A stretch of 64,000 nt of DNA, taken from positions 32,001-96,000 of the forward strand of contig JBCBJQ010000006.1 in NCBI GenBank assembly GCA_038523235.1, read 5' to 3'. Numbering within the stretch: position 1 is the first letter of the stretch; each line of letters opens with the position of its first letter. This DNA is from Cyanobacteria bacterium J06626_4 (lineage in GTDB: Bacteria > Cyanobacteriota > Cyanobacteriia > Phormidesmidales > Phormidesmidaceae). This document shows positions 49,807-60,180 of the stretch, piece by piece. Below the pieces are notes generated by a model. The model was given only the letters and a program-made list of their open reading frames with translations. It was not told the origin of the DNA and did no database searches. A program made the position numbers and the translations under genes.

Positions 49807-52242
49807 TCATTGGGAATGGCCATTAGCCTGCTCTAGCGCCGCGATCGCGAGCGTGGTCTTAATCACCGCATCGGGGTTAAGACTAATCGAGTCAATGCCT
49901 TGCTCCACCAGAAAGCGGGCAAATTCGGGATAGTCGCTGGGGGCCTGCCCACAAATGCCAATCTTGCGGCCAGTGGCTTTGGCGGTGGCAATGACTTGGG
50001 CTACTAGCCGCTGCACCGCGGTGTTCCGTTCGTCAAACAGATGGGCCACCAGGGCTGAGTCGCGATCGAGCCCCAAGGTGAGCTGAGTCAGGTCATTAGA
50101 GCCAATGGAAAAGCCATCAAACACCGTGGCAAATTCATCCGCCAGGATGACGTTGCTGGGCAGCTCACACATGACATAAACCTGCAGGCCATTCTCCCCC
50201 TGCACCAAACCATGCTGCGCCATCTCCGCCAGCACGCGCCGCCCCTCATCCGGTGTGCGACAAAAGGGCACCATCAAAATGATGTTGGTCAACCCCATGT
50301 CGTCACGCACTCGTTTCAGCGCCTGACATTCCAACGCAAATCCGGCCTTGTAGCGATCGTCATAGTAGCGCGAGGCCCCGCGCCAGCCGATCATCGGGTT
50401 TTCTTCACTAGGTTCAAAGGCTTTGCCGCCCAGTAGGTTGGCATATTCGTTGCTCTTAAAATCGGACAGGCGGACGACCACCGGTTTGGGATAAAACGCA
50501 GCGCCAATGGTGCCAATGCCCTGGGCCAGCTGATCGACAAAATACTGAGGCTTGTCGTCGTACTGCTCCGTCAGGCGAGCAATTTTGCGCTTGGCTGTGC
50601 TGTCAGTCAGCGTATCGAAGTTGAGCAGCGCCAGCGGATGCACCTTGATCTGATTGGCGATGATAAATTCTAGTCGGGCCAACCCCACCCCCGCACTGGG
50701 CAAGGCCGACAGGCGAAAGGCGATCTCCGGGTTGCCAACGTTCATCATGATCTGGGTGCGGGGCTGGGGAATCTCATCCAGCGGGGTTTCTTCGACTCGG
50801 TAGGGCAGCTGCCCGGCGTAGACCTGTCCTTCTTCACCCGCTGCACAGGAAACCGTAATTGGCTGCTCGGTGCGAATGACGCTGGTCGCATCGCCACAGC
50901 CGACGATCGCCGGAATGCCCAACTCGCGAGCAATAATCGCGGCGTGGCAGGTGCGGCCGCCCTGATTGGTGACGATCGCCGCCGCCTGTTTCATAATCGG
51001 TTCCCAATCCGGGTCAGTTTTGGCCGTGACCAACACCTCCCCCGGCTGAAACTGGTCAATGTCGGCCACTGACAAAATGACGCAGGCTGGCCCGGCCCCA
51101 ATGCGCTCGCCGACGGCCCGCCCGGTGGTCAAAATGGGCGCGGTCACAGGTGACTCTAACTGATACGCCTGCAAAACGTTGCTAGCCTTTTGCGACTGCA
51201 CCGTTTCGGGGCGGGCCTGCACGATGAATAATTCGCCGGTTTCACCATCCTTGGCCCACTCAATATCCATCGGCGAGTCCACGCCTCGGATCAGACTGTA
51301 GTGGTCTTCGATCTGACAGGTCCACCGGGCTAGCTGCAGCACTTCGGCTTCAGTGATGGCAAAGCGCTGTTGCTCCGCCCGCGACACCGGCAGGTTTTTC
51401 ACCAGTTTGGTGCCGCCAGTGTCGTACACCATCCGCAGGGCTTTACTGCCCAAGCGCTTGCTGAGAATGGGGCGATGCCCGGTTTTGAGCGTGGGTTTAA
51501 ACACGCGATATTCGTCGGGGTTGACAGTGCCCTGCACCACGTTTTCACCCAGGCCATAGGCGGCGGTAATCAACACAGCATTGTTGAACCCCGTCTCAGT
51601 GTCGATGGAAAACATGACGCCCGACGCGGCCAAATCAGAGCGCACCATTTTTTGCACACAGACCGATAGCGCCACCTCAAAGTGGTCAAACCCCTTGGTC
51701 TGACGATAGGAAATGGCGCGATCGGTAAACAGTGAAGCAAAGCATTTTTTGCAGGAAGCGATCACCTCCGCCTCGCTATGGACGTTGAGATAGGTTTCTT
51801 GCTGACCAGCAAAGCTGGCATCGGGTAAGTCTTCGGCGGTGGCACTCGATCGCACAGCAACGTCGGTGTCAACACCGTAGCGATGGCCCAGATCTCGATA
51901 GGCGTCGCGAATGGCAATTTCCAACTCGGCGGGAAAGGGCGCATGCAGGATCAGCGATCGCGCGGTTTCACCCCGCTGCTGCAAATTCTGAACGTTATTG
52001 ATATCCAAGTCGGCAAAGAGCGATCGCAGGGTGGTTGCCAGGTCATTACTAGCAATAAAGTGCCGATAGGCCTGGGCCGTGGTGGCAAATCCCATCGGCA
52101 CGTTGATGCCCTGAGGCGTCAACTGCTGAATCATTTCTCCCAACGAGGCATTTTTGCCACCAACAATCGGCACATCATCTAATCGAATTTGATTTAACCA
52201 AAGCACGAAATCCTGATCGGTTTGCACGAGCTGGGAAACCAT
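49807..52242 (-). CDS. ppsA: Phosphoenolpyruvate synthase
   Basis: VGGKNASLGEM, VRSSATAED, GGRTCHAAIIARE, SIGSNDLTQ, GICGQAPSD; ATG after AGAGG. Confidence 0.96.
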   Translation of the reverse strand: MVSQLVQTDQDFVLWLNQIRLDDVPIVGGKNASLGEMIQQLTPQGINVPMGFATTAQAYRHFIASNDLATTLRSLFADLDINNVQNLQQRGETARSLILHAPFPAELEIAIRDAYRDLGHRYGVDTDVAVRSSATAEDLPDASFAGQQETYLNVHSEAEVIASCKKCFASLFTDRAISYRQTKGFDHFEVALSVCVQKMVRSDLAASGVMFSIDTETGFNNAVLITAAYGLGENVVQGTVNPDEYRVFKPTLKTGHRPILSKRLGSKALRMVYDTGGTKLVKNLPVSRAEQQRFAITEAEVLQLARWTCQIEDHYSLIRGVDSPMDIEWAKDGETGELFIVQARPETVQSQKASNVLQAYQLESPVTAPILTTGRAVGERIGAGPACVILSVADIDQFQPGEVLVTAKTDPDWEPIMKQAAAIVTNQGGRTCHAAIIARELGIPAIVGCGDATSVIRTEQPITVSCAAGEEGQVYAGQLPYRVEETPLDEIPQPRTQIMMNVGNPEIAFRLSALPSAGVGLARLEFIIANQIKVHPLALLNFDTLTDSTAKRKIARLTEQYDDKPQYFVDQLAQGIGTIGAAFYPKPVVVRLSDFKSNEYANLLGGKAFEPSEENPMIGWRGASRYYDDRYKAGFALECQALKRVRDDMGLTNIILMVPFCRTPDEGRRVLAEMAQHGLVQGENGLQVYVMCELPSNVILADEFATVFDGFSIGSNDLTQLTLGLDRDSALVAHLFDERNTAVQRLVAQVIATAKATGRKIGICGQAPSDYPEFARFLVEQGIDSISLNPDAVIKTTLAIAALEQANGHSQ

Positions 52243-52808
52243 AGATAAAATCCTCTTTGATGGATTGAAAACAGGGCCATTTTTTACTTTCCGGAAGCAA
52301 TAAAAAGCTACACCTGTGTTTTTTTGGCTTTGCCAATAAGCAGCGTGATCAGCTACCACCAGAGACTGGTGCTGATCAGCTCAAACCTTCGGCAGCCAAC
52401 CGCTTCGAAAGGAGAAGCGATCGCGCCGATAAATTTTATTTCCCTAAACTAATAGTTTGATTTTATAAAAAAGGATAAGTCTCTTAGAGATCACCAAACA
52501 AATCTTTGCTTATCTAGAAAGGTTTTTTTAAGTCTAAAAAACTCTCTTGAAATAATTTTTAAGTAGTTGTAAACAAGAGAGCAAGGAGCCTTGAAATAAC
52601 CTCAACGGGGAGGTGAATCAGGCTCCCAGCCTGGATGTTAGCCTGGCCAGAAAGCAAGCGCTGCCAATGTCCCACTAAACAGTTGTTCGCCCCACCGCCT
52701 TCAACCGATGTGTGGCCTTCTTTTTCATCAATTGGTGGGGCGCATAGGCGTCATGGGCGACGGCTCATCAACAGCGTCCCGATCGCCGAGGGTTGCCACG
52801 GCCAACCC

Positions 52809-54200
52809 CTACAGCATGAGTGAAGGCAGCTCTGACCGAGTCCAGGTGTCTTGAGAGTACTCAGCCACAAAGGGCCGCACCAAAAACTGAGGCCGATCGC
52901 CCGCCTGCACATCAATCCGCAGGAACGAGTAGGGCAGGCGCTTCTCAGCCCCTGCTCCCTGACGACCGACAAACAGCTGCGATTTTGCCACCACGCGGGT
53001 ATCGACGCCGTCGGCTTCTTCTACCGTGGTGGTGTCGGGATGTTGCGATCGCAGCCGCGCGCCGCTGCCGCCACACACCAGCCAGTTCAACTCGCGATCG
53101 CCATGGCCCGTATCGACGGTGCGCAAATATTCAAAGCAGTGAGCATGGCCGCTCAACACCAGATCAATGAGCGGCGTCGGCGCATCACTGCCAACTCGTT
53201 GCACCACGGCATCCAACACCCAGCGCAAATGCCGTCGCGCCGACAAGCAGGCGGTTTCGTGAAGCTTCGTCACTTCGGTGATATAGGGCGGGTGGTGCAG
53301 ATAGACGATACGGCCCCGCACCTGAGGATTTTGCAGCGAGGCCACAAGGCGATCGCGCAGCCAACACAGCTGGGCCCAGTCAATATTTGCAGGTAGATCC
53401 GACCCCAGTTCACGGGCGGCCAATACCGGGGCACCGTCGATCTCCACCGGACGATTAAACGTGCTGGAATCGAGCCCAAAGAAATCAATATCGCCATAGC
53501 GAAACTGATAATAGCGATTGGGTAGCCGGGTAAAGCGGCCCGGCTGGTAGGTCAGCGCCTGGCCCGTTTCAGTAGCGGTGGTGTAATGCTGCTGCAGGTG
53601 CGCCGTCAGCTGTTCGGGCGATAGCTCTCGCAGATAATCTAAAAACACGCGGGCATAGGTGTCACCAGTGGCCGAACCGCGCAGCGTCACATTTTTAGTC
53701 ACTGGCACGTTGAGATATTGACTAAGAGGCCGCAGCGCCGCCACTAAAAAGCCGTAGAACGTCGGCAGATTGTAGTAGTCGTGATTGCCGGGCACCGCCA
53801 AAAAGGGCTGGTTGAACGTCAGCCGACAATAGCTGGGCAGTTGATCGCGATCGCCCGTTACCAGCCACTGCCGATAGGGCTCGATGAAGTTGGCAGCGTA
53901 CAGATCAGGCGACCCCATTTGATACACCACGTCGCCGGTATGCAGCAAAAAGCGACAGTCGGCTTGCTGAGTCGCCAGATAGTCGGCCACAACCTGTTGA
54001 GGATGGCCAAAGGGCTGAGACCCAAAGCCACTGTCGCCAATCACTAAAAAAGAAAAGGCTGACGTTGTCGCCAGCCCATCTGCTATCTGTAGTCGAGTTT
54101 GATCAATCGCTCGCTCGCGCATCATTTGGGCATGCCAACGCACTCGCGATCGCATTTTTTGAATCTTTTGTGAAATCGGCGGATCGAGTAAGAATCCCAT
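52809..54200 (-). CDS. Calcineurin-like metallophosphoesterase
   Basis: GDSG, HTGDVVY, PGNHDY, HHPPY, SGHAH. Confidence 0.9.
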   Translation of the reverse strand: MGFLLDPPISQKIQKMRSRVRWHAQMMRERAIDQTRLQIADGLATTSAFSFLVIGDSGFGSQPFGHPQQVVADYLATQQADCRFLLHTGDVVYQMGSPDLYAANFIEPYRQWLVTGDRDQLPSYCRLTFNQPFLAVPGNHDYYNLPTFYGFLVAALRPLSQYLNVPVTKNVTLRGSATGDTYARVFLDYLRELSPEQLTAHLQQHYTTATETGQALTYQPGRFTRLPNRYYQFRYGDIDFFGLDSSTFNRPVEIDGAPVLAARELGSDLPANIDWAQLCWLRDRLVASLQNPQVRGRIVYLHHPPYITEVTKLHETACLSARRHLRWVLDAVVQRVGSDAPTPLIDLVLSGHAHCFEYLRTVDTGHGDRELNWLVCGGSGARLRSQHPDTTTVEEADGVDTRVVAKSQLFVGRQGAGAEKRLPYSFLRIDVQAGDRPQFLVRPFVAEYSQDTWTRSELPSLML

Positions 54201-54311
54201 AGCGAGGTGGCGCACATTTCCTCTGCACTGTAGCCATTGTGCCTAATAATTGCCAAGACCATGGCCGCTAAAATTCCTCGAAAAATTGCGGCCAGCACGG
54301 TCGCCCGGTGT

Positions 54312-54361
54312 CAGCCCCCAAGGTCAGGGCTATCAATGCGCAGAGCTGACCTTGGGGGCTG
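54312..54361. terminator. Long hairpin (terminator or RNA stem)
   Basis: 16-bp perfect inverted repeat CAGCCCCCAAGGTCAG / CTGACCTTGGGGGCTG. Confidence 0.55.
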
Positions 54362-54505
54362 TCAGTTCTCAATTTGTGGGTTGTTGACTTTCAGAACAAT
54401 GGCAATCCGGATTGATTCCTGTCGGGCAAACGGGCAAGATGCCCGTCCAAACAAGACACTTGCTCTTCAATTTTGAGGACGCATAAATTTAAACTTGGCG
54501 CTGCA

Positions 54506-54706
54506 CTAGCCATCAGGAAACTGCCAGCAGGAAAGCGTTTCAACATTCTTACTGCCGCAGGTGCATTGCACCTCGTGGGCCGACGCCACCCATTCGCGAT
54601 CGCAGACACGACAATGGCAAAACACGTTGTTGTCGTCGGCCTGCTGCAGGCCAAACCGCCACTGTCGAAGTTCATCCGGTGTGAAATGGGAAGCGGAATC
54701 AGTCAT
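54506..54706 (-). CDS. Small Cys-rich zinc-ribbon-like protein
   Basis: CHCRVC...CTCGS...SCWQFPDG; ATG at 54706. Confidence 0.7.
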   Translation of the reverse strand: MTDSASHFTPDELRQWRFGLQQADDNNVFCHCRVCDREWVASAHEVQCTCGSKNVETLSCWQFPDG

Positions 54707-55154
54707 GGGCGGGTACCCCTTTGCTGCCGACCGGCAGGGAAATAGGGTTCGAGCGTTGAGCAGAGCACGCCATCGAAACTCAAAATCCAACCTCAAAACC
54801 ACTCAAGGTGCTGTGAGCATCATGATATCCCTGCCGTCTCCTCAGCGCGAGAAGAGCTTAGCGATTTGTCAGGATTGGGCACGTATAGAAGAGGGTAGAA
54901 AGGTGCAGGGTTCAAGGTGCAGGGAAGAGCCTTGCTGCAAGCGATCTAGCGATTCAAAGTGGCTAAACCTGACTGCGGCCCGCCATATCGGGTTTCCGTT
55001 GTCCTGTGATGGCTTGGCAATCAGCCACTCGGGCGATCGCGATTGATGACAATGAAGAATTCCTGAGGACAGTTCAAATTGACGAAATTTCTCCCTATCA
55101 ATGCTTGCCTGGCCACAGGGCTCTACCTCTCCCGCAGAGGATTCTGCACTCCGG

Positions 55155-55207
55155 CTTCCGAACTCCGACTTCCAACTTCCGAACTCCGACTTCCGAACTC
55201 CGACTTC
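55155..55207. repeat. Heptameric short tandem repeats (STRR-like)
   Basis: CTTCCGA/ACTCCGA units, about 7 copies. Confidence 0.75.
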
Positions 55208-55243
55208 TACTGGAGATAGCAACGAACAGTCGTCTTTCACTGG

Positions 55244-56137
55244 CTAGGACGCAGTCGTGCTGATCAAAAGCCAGATGCCTCCGATCGCCACTAACACCCC
55301 TAAAACAGCTCTGCCGGTGACGCGATCGCCCAGCGCTACCGCCAGGGGCAACACAAACAACGGACTGGTAGCCAAGAGCGCTTGAGCAATGCCTGCCAGG
55401 GTGTATTTAAGCGAAATTTGCTGCAGCCAAATTGCGAGATAGGTGCCCAAAAAGGCCGCGATCACCAGGTAGGGCAATAGCTGTCGTGACTTAAGCGGCT
55501 GCAGCTGCGCCATGACCTGGCCGCGCCAGCCAATCAAGCCCACTAAAACGAAGCCCCCGGCGGCAATGCGCAGCAGCCCACTCCAGAGCGGATCAACCAG
55601 ACTGTCGGCCAGGGCACCACGCGACATCACCGCGCCACTGGCCTGACCGATGGCCGCCAAGACGCCCCAGATAATGCCCGCCCGCGTCGAACCGTAAGTC
55701 GGGTCACCGCCCGGCACCCGTTCCGCAATCACCCAGGCGACCCCGAACACCGTGAGAAAAATCCCCCCCCAGGCGATCACGCTCAGCTGTTCGTTTAAAA
55801 ACAGCAGCGCTATCAGCGCCGTCAAAGGGGGCGCGAGGGATTCCATCAGTAAGGCGCGCCGAGCACCTAAACAGTTGATGGCGTTGAAATAGGCCGTATC
55901 ACCCAACCCAATCCCCACTGCCCCACTGAGCAATAGCCAAAAGACTGCGGTCGGTGGCAACTCTGCCTCTAGAGTTGGGCGAAGCAGTAGCGTCAAGAGG
56001 ATGAGGGCGATCGCGATGCTGCCCTTGGCCAGATTTAACACTGGCGGACTGATCGATTTACCCAAACGCCCAAAAATAACCGTTGACAGTGCCCATAAAA
56101 AAGCCGCCGTCAGGGCGGCGATCTCGCCTCCTAGCAT
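55244..56137 (-). CDS. DMT/EamA family transporter
   Basis: About 10 TM segments, duplicated EamA halves (GIGLGD, TSPLF). Confidence 0.88.
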   Translation of the reverse strand: MLGGEIAALTAAFLWALSTVIFGRLGKSISPPVLNLAKGSIAIALILLTLLLRPTLEAELPPTAVFWLLLSGAVGIGLGDTAYFNAINCLGARRALLMESLAPPLTALIALLFLNEQLSVIAWGGIFLTVFGVAWVIAERVPGGDPTYGSTRAGIIWGVLAAIGQASGAVMSRGALADSLVDPLWSGLLRIAAGGFVLVGLIGWRGQVMAQLQPLKSRQLLPYLVIAAFLGTYLAIWLQQISLKYTLAGIAQALLATSPLFVLPLAVALGDRVTGRAVLGVLVAIGGIWLLISTTAS

Positions 56138-56188
56138 CGCCGCCCGCCGCCCGCTCTAAGGTGTTGAATCGGCTTTTGCTGAGTGGCT

Positions 56189-56581
56189 CTAGCGTCGCCC
56201 GTAGTAGGAAACTTCAATATCTGCGTACCAGCCTGGCCCCATATTTTCGTAAAGAAAGACTCGCTCAACCTGATAGTAAACCCCATCGTGAAACAAGCAA
56301 TCGCCCACTCGTGGGATGATGGGGTAAGTCGCAAACCACAGAGCATCCTTGACCGGCGCTTTCGGGTTGGTGCTGCGAGCTGCAAGATAAAAGATTTGCA
56401 CCTTATAAATGCCCGCAACCGCTGAAGAGGAGGCTGGCGGTAGAGCCGGTAGTGACGAAGACGATTTTTTGCTTCGCTTCGCTCGGGGCTTGCGCTTCGG
56501 CTTTTCTGCGAGTTCCGATGAATCTTTTTCGAAGTCGTCTTCCACGGTGTTCAGGGGGATAAGTGCGATCGCCTGTGGCAA
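56189..56581 (-). CDS. Hypothetical protein
   Basis: Basic disordered N-terminus + PRVGD beta-domain. Confidence 0.6.
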   Translation of the reverse strand: MPQAIALIPLNTVEDDFEKDSSELAEKPKRKPRAKRSKKSSSSLPALPPASSSAVAGIYKVQIFYLAARSTNPKAPVKDALWFATYPIIPRVGDCLFHDGVYYQVERVFLYENMGPGWYADIEVSYYGRR

Positions 56582-57044
56582 TCATAAAAAATCTTTTGAG
56601 GTTCGCAACGAATAACACTCAACTTCCCAGATAAACGCTACATTTTGTGTACATATGCGAACCGATGTCGCCATGTAGTGTTTCAGTGCTAATGTCTAGG
56701 CAAATGTCCCTGTGCGATGAAAACGACGGCTTTATTCACTAGAGGCATTTAACTCAGCTACTCATTTTGATTTATGAGGCGTTGTCGCATCGGGCGCTCG
56801 GGGCCAAGTCGCGACAGGTTTCTAAATCCTTTTTTGTGATCGCGTCGAATTGGTTTAGCAGCACAAGACTTGTGCTCATTTGACCCTGCCTGCCGAGGCA
56901 GAGTCAGGGGTTCGGCCTTATCTCACTTTTTTGACCGGGTCTACAGGCCCCTAATCGATAGGAGTAGTCTATGTCGCCAATGGGGTGGCTATAGGCTCCT
57001 CTTTGGTTTTGCTACGTTGATCACCTTTACCCCCTTGAAACCTC

Positions 57045-57269
57045 ATGACTTATCAAAATAAACTGCGCCCTTGGTGCATTGTGCAGCAGCTACCTGAGAT
57101 GAAGCGCGTCATTATCGACCGTTTTCGTCATTATCAAGATGCTGATGCGCGCGCTAAGTTCTTGGGTGATAAAACCCCGAGCGCTAGCTTTGTTGTATTG
57201 TTTGCGCCTGATGCTCCGGTCGTGGCCGCCACCCCAGCCGTGCCCGATGCAGTCGCCCCGGCTCATTAA
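57045..57269 (+). CDS. Hypothetical protein (74 aa)
   Basis: LRPWCIV...RFR...DA...P...FVVLF pattern, ATG start. Confidence 0.6.
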   Translation: MTYQNKLRPWCIVQQLPEMKRVIIDRFRHYQDADARAKFLGDKTPSASFVVLFAPDAPVVAATPAVPDAVAPAH

Positions 57270-57476
57270 TGAATGGCGATGTTAGCCCCCTGCCAGAGTG
57301 CTAGCAGGGGGCAGAGGATCACGGGAAACATCGCAGCAGCAGTCAACAGTCCGGTTAGAGCAAGCTTGTTGAGCCCCTGATTCGGCCTAGCGATGCCAAT
57401 TCCTGCCCTTCGGAGGCGGTTAGGGCTGCCCTTCCCGAAAGAAATTCTGCTATCAGCACATTTGGCCGCAGCGACC

Positions 57477-57653
57477 TTACCGAATGCGCTGCAAGCTAGT
57501 GATGACACCCGCGCCGATGGTGCACAGCAGCAGCACCCAAATCACGATTCCTGGCAGGAAGGAAAACAGGGTAAAGCCGCGCAAAATCCAAATCAGTAAG
57601 GTCAACGCCAGTAGACCTAAAAATATTTGAGTCGGAATGGAGAGCTGTCTCAT
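57477..57653 (-). CDS. Small two-TM membrane protein
   Basis: ATG at 57653 after AAGGA; ILRGF..LPG..IW.LLL. Confidence 0.7.
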   Translation of the reverse strand: MRQLSIPTQIFLGLLALTLLIWILRGFTLFSFLPGIVIWVLLLCTIGAGVITSLQRIR

Positions 57654-57667
57654 CAGAAGCTGAGTCC

Positions 57668-57862
57668 TTATCGAGCGGAGCGAATGCCGCCTAAGATGCC
57701 GACGCCGAGGGATAGCAGCAAGAGCGCCCACACCACATACTCAGGAATTTGCTTAACCCAGCCGAGGCCGCGCAAGATTAAGAGCGCTGCCCCCAAAACC
57801 AACATCACACCAACGATGTTGAGCACAATCATGATTGCGAGGGTGTTCGAGTTTCCGCGCAT
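57668..57862 (-). CDS. Small two-TM membrane protein
   Basis: ILRGL..IPE..VW.LLL; resembles the downstream ORF. Confidence 0.7.
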   Translation of the reverse strand: MRGNSNTLAIMIVLNIVGVMLVLGAALLILRGLGWVKQIPEYVVWALLLLSLGVGILGGIRSAR

Positions 57863-57978
57863 AGCACTGCCAACTCACCAAGAAGCGCTCTCATTGTGCC
57901 ATGTTGCGTCGTTGTCACTGTGCTGAGTTTGGCCAACCCGACAGTTTCTCAACCTGCACCCTGACAGGTGGCATGAGG

Positions 57979-58431
57979 TCACGCCTGCGGTTTTAACCAC
58001 AGGGCATAGTGATGAAATTCCGTATTCTGCTGATAGCCCAATGATTCATACAGGGTCTGAGCGGCGGTGTTCTCAGCCTGAGTAGCGAGCACCAGTCTAA
58101 TAGCACCGGTCGACTGGGCAAAGGTAGCCGCTGCCTGCAGCAGTTGTCGAGCCCAGCCCTGGCGACGATCGCTCGCCGCGACATACAAATCATTCAAAAT
58201 CCAAATGCGCTGCAGACTAACGGACGAAAAGCTGGGATAAAGCTGCGTAAACCCCACGACCTGTGCCGCCGCGATCGCGGCGAAAATCACCGAATCCTGC
58301 TGCTGCAGGCGTGCGCTCAGAAAGTCAGTGGCGGCAGCGCGATCGGTCGGCTGACCATAGAACATCCGATAGTCATCAAACAATCGAGCCACGGCGTCTA
58401 AGTGTTCTAACTGGGCGCGAATGATGGCCAT
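57979..58431 (-). CDS. GNAT N-acetyltransferase
   Basis: LFDDYRMFY, GFTQLYPSFSS, LNDLYV, RRQG, N..AQ.LYE.LGY. Confidence 0.92.
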   Translation of the reverse strand: MAIIRAQLEHLDAVARLFDDYRMFYGQPTDRAAATDFLSARLQQQDSVIFAAIAAAQVVGFTQLYPSFSSVSLQRIWILNDLYVAASDRRQGWARQLLQAAATFAQSTGAIRLVLATQAENTAAQTLYESLGYQQNTEFHHYALWLKPQA

Positions 58432-58495
58432 AACGAGGGAGCTGTAAAAGGAAATCTGTAAAGGGAAAAGGGAGAAGTCTCATCATACGCATCAG

Positions 58496-59200
58496 CTAAT
58501 ATGCATCGGCTGCAGACTGACCCGATTGGGATAAAAAATATTTTTCTAAGGCTTGACCATGCTGCGCCGACTGCCGTAGCCACTGCAATCGCAGGTCGAG
58601 CCGATCGCGATCGCTGAGCTGCCAATTATCCCCCTGTTCTCGCAGGCGTTGTGTCAGCGTGTATAGGCAGAGCGCCGCGCTGACCGAGACATTGAGACTC
58701 TCGACAAACCCCACCATGGGAATTTTGAGCTGTCGGCCCGCCATCTGCAACGCCTGATCCGACAGACCATAGCATTCACTGCCAAAGCAAATCGCCAGTT
58801 TTTGATCCAGGGGCAGTGTTTCCGGGGTGTACGCGTCATCGTGAGGGGTCGTGGCCACCAGCAGATAGCCCTGCGATCGCAACTGGTGCAAACAGTGCGC
58901 CGTATTGTTCTCATGGGGTTCACGATGCTGGTGTAAGGTAATCCACTTTTTGGCTCCAGAAGCGGCTCCTCGGCGCGTCTTAAAGGTGTTGAAATTTTCG
59001 ACCACATGCACATCTTGCAGACCCAAGCTCTCGCAAGTCCGCAGTAGCGCGCTGGCATTGTGGGGGTCATGAAAGTCTTCAGCCACGACCGTAATTTGGC
59101 GGGTGCGATGAGCCAGCACGGCATCCATCTTGGCTCGCCGCTCAGGAGTTACAAATCTTTCCAAATAAGCCATGACGGCTTCTGGTGAGTCTGGGTGCAT
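58496..59200 (-). CDS. TrmH/SpoU-family RNA 2'-O-methyltransferase
   Basis: DPHNASA..R, FGSE..GLS, IPMVGFVESLNVSVS. Confidence 0.92.
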   Translation of the reverse strand: MHPDSPEAVMAYLERFVTPERRAKMDAVLAHRTRQITVVAEDFHDPHNASALLRTCESLGLQDVHVVENFNTFKTRRGAASGAKKWITLHQHREPHENNTAHCLHQLRSQGYLLVATTPHDDAYTPETLPLDQKLAICFGSECYGLSDQALQMAGRQLKIPMVGFVESLNVSVSAALCLYTLTQRLREQGDNWQLSDRDRLDLRLQWLRQSAQHGQALEKYFLSQSGQSAADAY

Positions 59201-59460
59201 CGGTTTACCCACAAGCGGCAACAGGCTTTCGTCGCTGAGATAGCAGATTAAGCCTCACTATCAGGGCAGTTGGGCTGACCGGTCAGGGGCGCTTGAAGCT
59301 GATTCCAGCACCGCTTCAGAGGCTGCCGACAGGCGGCGCTTGTGACCAGAGGATAATCGGCTGCGAAGTATACCCGGAGCCCAATGGCGACGTTTGAGTC
59401 GTTAGGTTATCCTATTAGCACTCTACTTATATAGCTACTGAGTTTTTGGAGGCAATCGCT

Positions 59461-59982
59461 ATCGTTAGAAGAAGACTAGACAATCGCCGCGTTCGCCCAG
59501 AGCAACCTAACATCAATCGCAATATCAGAGCCCAACAGGTATTGCTGATCGACCACGAAAATGAAAATCGTGGCGTGACTGACACTCGCGATGCCATCAG
59601 CTTGGCAGAGGAAGTTGGTCTTGACTTGGTGGTGGTTTCTGAAGGCAAAGAGACGCCTGTCGCAAAGATTCTTGACTACGGTAAGCACCAGTATCAGCAG
59701 AAAAAGCGGCAGAAACAGAGCGCCAAGCCAACGATGAAAGAGGTCAAGCTCCGCCCTAATGTCGACGATTCAGACTACGGCATTCGGATTGAGCGAGCCA
59801 CCGAATGGCTCGACAAGGGCAACCACGTAAAATTTCAGATCCGGTTGCGGGGTCGTGAGCACCAGCATCGAGATCGCGCCCGTGAGCTGCTCGAACGCAT
59901 CGTTCAAGATTTAGACAAAGTGGGCAAGGTGCAATCCTTCGACACCAAGTCTCTCATCGTGCAGCTGGTGCCTGAATCTTAA
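59461..59982 (+). CDS. infC: Translation initiation factor IF-3 (probable ATC start)
   Basis: INRNIRA, LDLVVV, PVAKILDYGK, KEVKLRP, RGRE; no in-frame ATG near the 5' end. Confidence 0.92.
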   Translation: MVRRRLDNRRVRPEQPNINRNIRAQQVLLIDHENENRGVTDTRDAISLAEEVGLDLVVVSEGKETPVAKILDYGKHQYQQKKRQKQSAKPTMKEVKLRPNVDDSDYGIRIERATEWLDKGNHVKFQIRLRGREHQHRDRARELLERIVQDLDKVGKVQSFDTKSLIVQLVPES

Positions 59983-60005
59983 ACCGCTTCGTAACTCCAT
60001 GCTTT

Positions 60006-60043
60006 AGAGGGATGTCGGCGATCGCCGACATCCCTCTGTTTTT
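60006..60043 (+). terminator. Intrinsic terminator of infC
   Basis: 32-bp perfect palindrome AGAGGGATGTCGGCGATCGCCGACATCCCTCT followed by GTTTTT. Confidence 0.8.
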
Positions 60044-60180
60044 GGGAAGGAACATCACCAAAAGTTACACTTCTCCCTCGAAACATGAACAAACACTTCG
60101 CACCGCTGAAAAGTGTGGGCTAGATGCAGTAACCTGAATTCAGGTTGAAATCTAAAGCAAACCTTAAGAGAGTAGAGCGC

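Noticed and set aside
55155..55207. CRISPR array
   Set aside because: The units are 7-mers with no spacers, and no cas genes are present.
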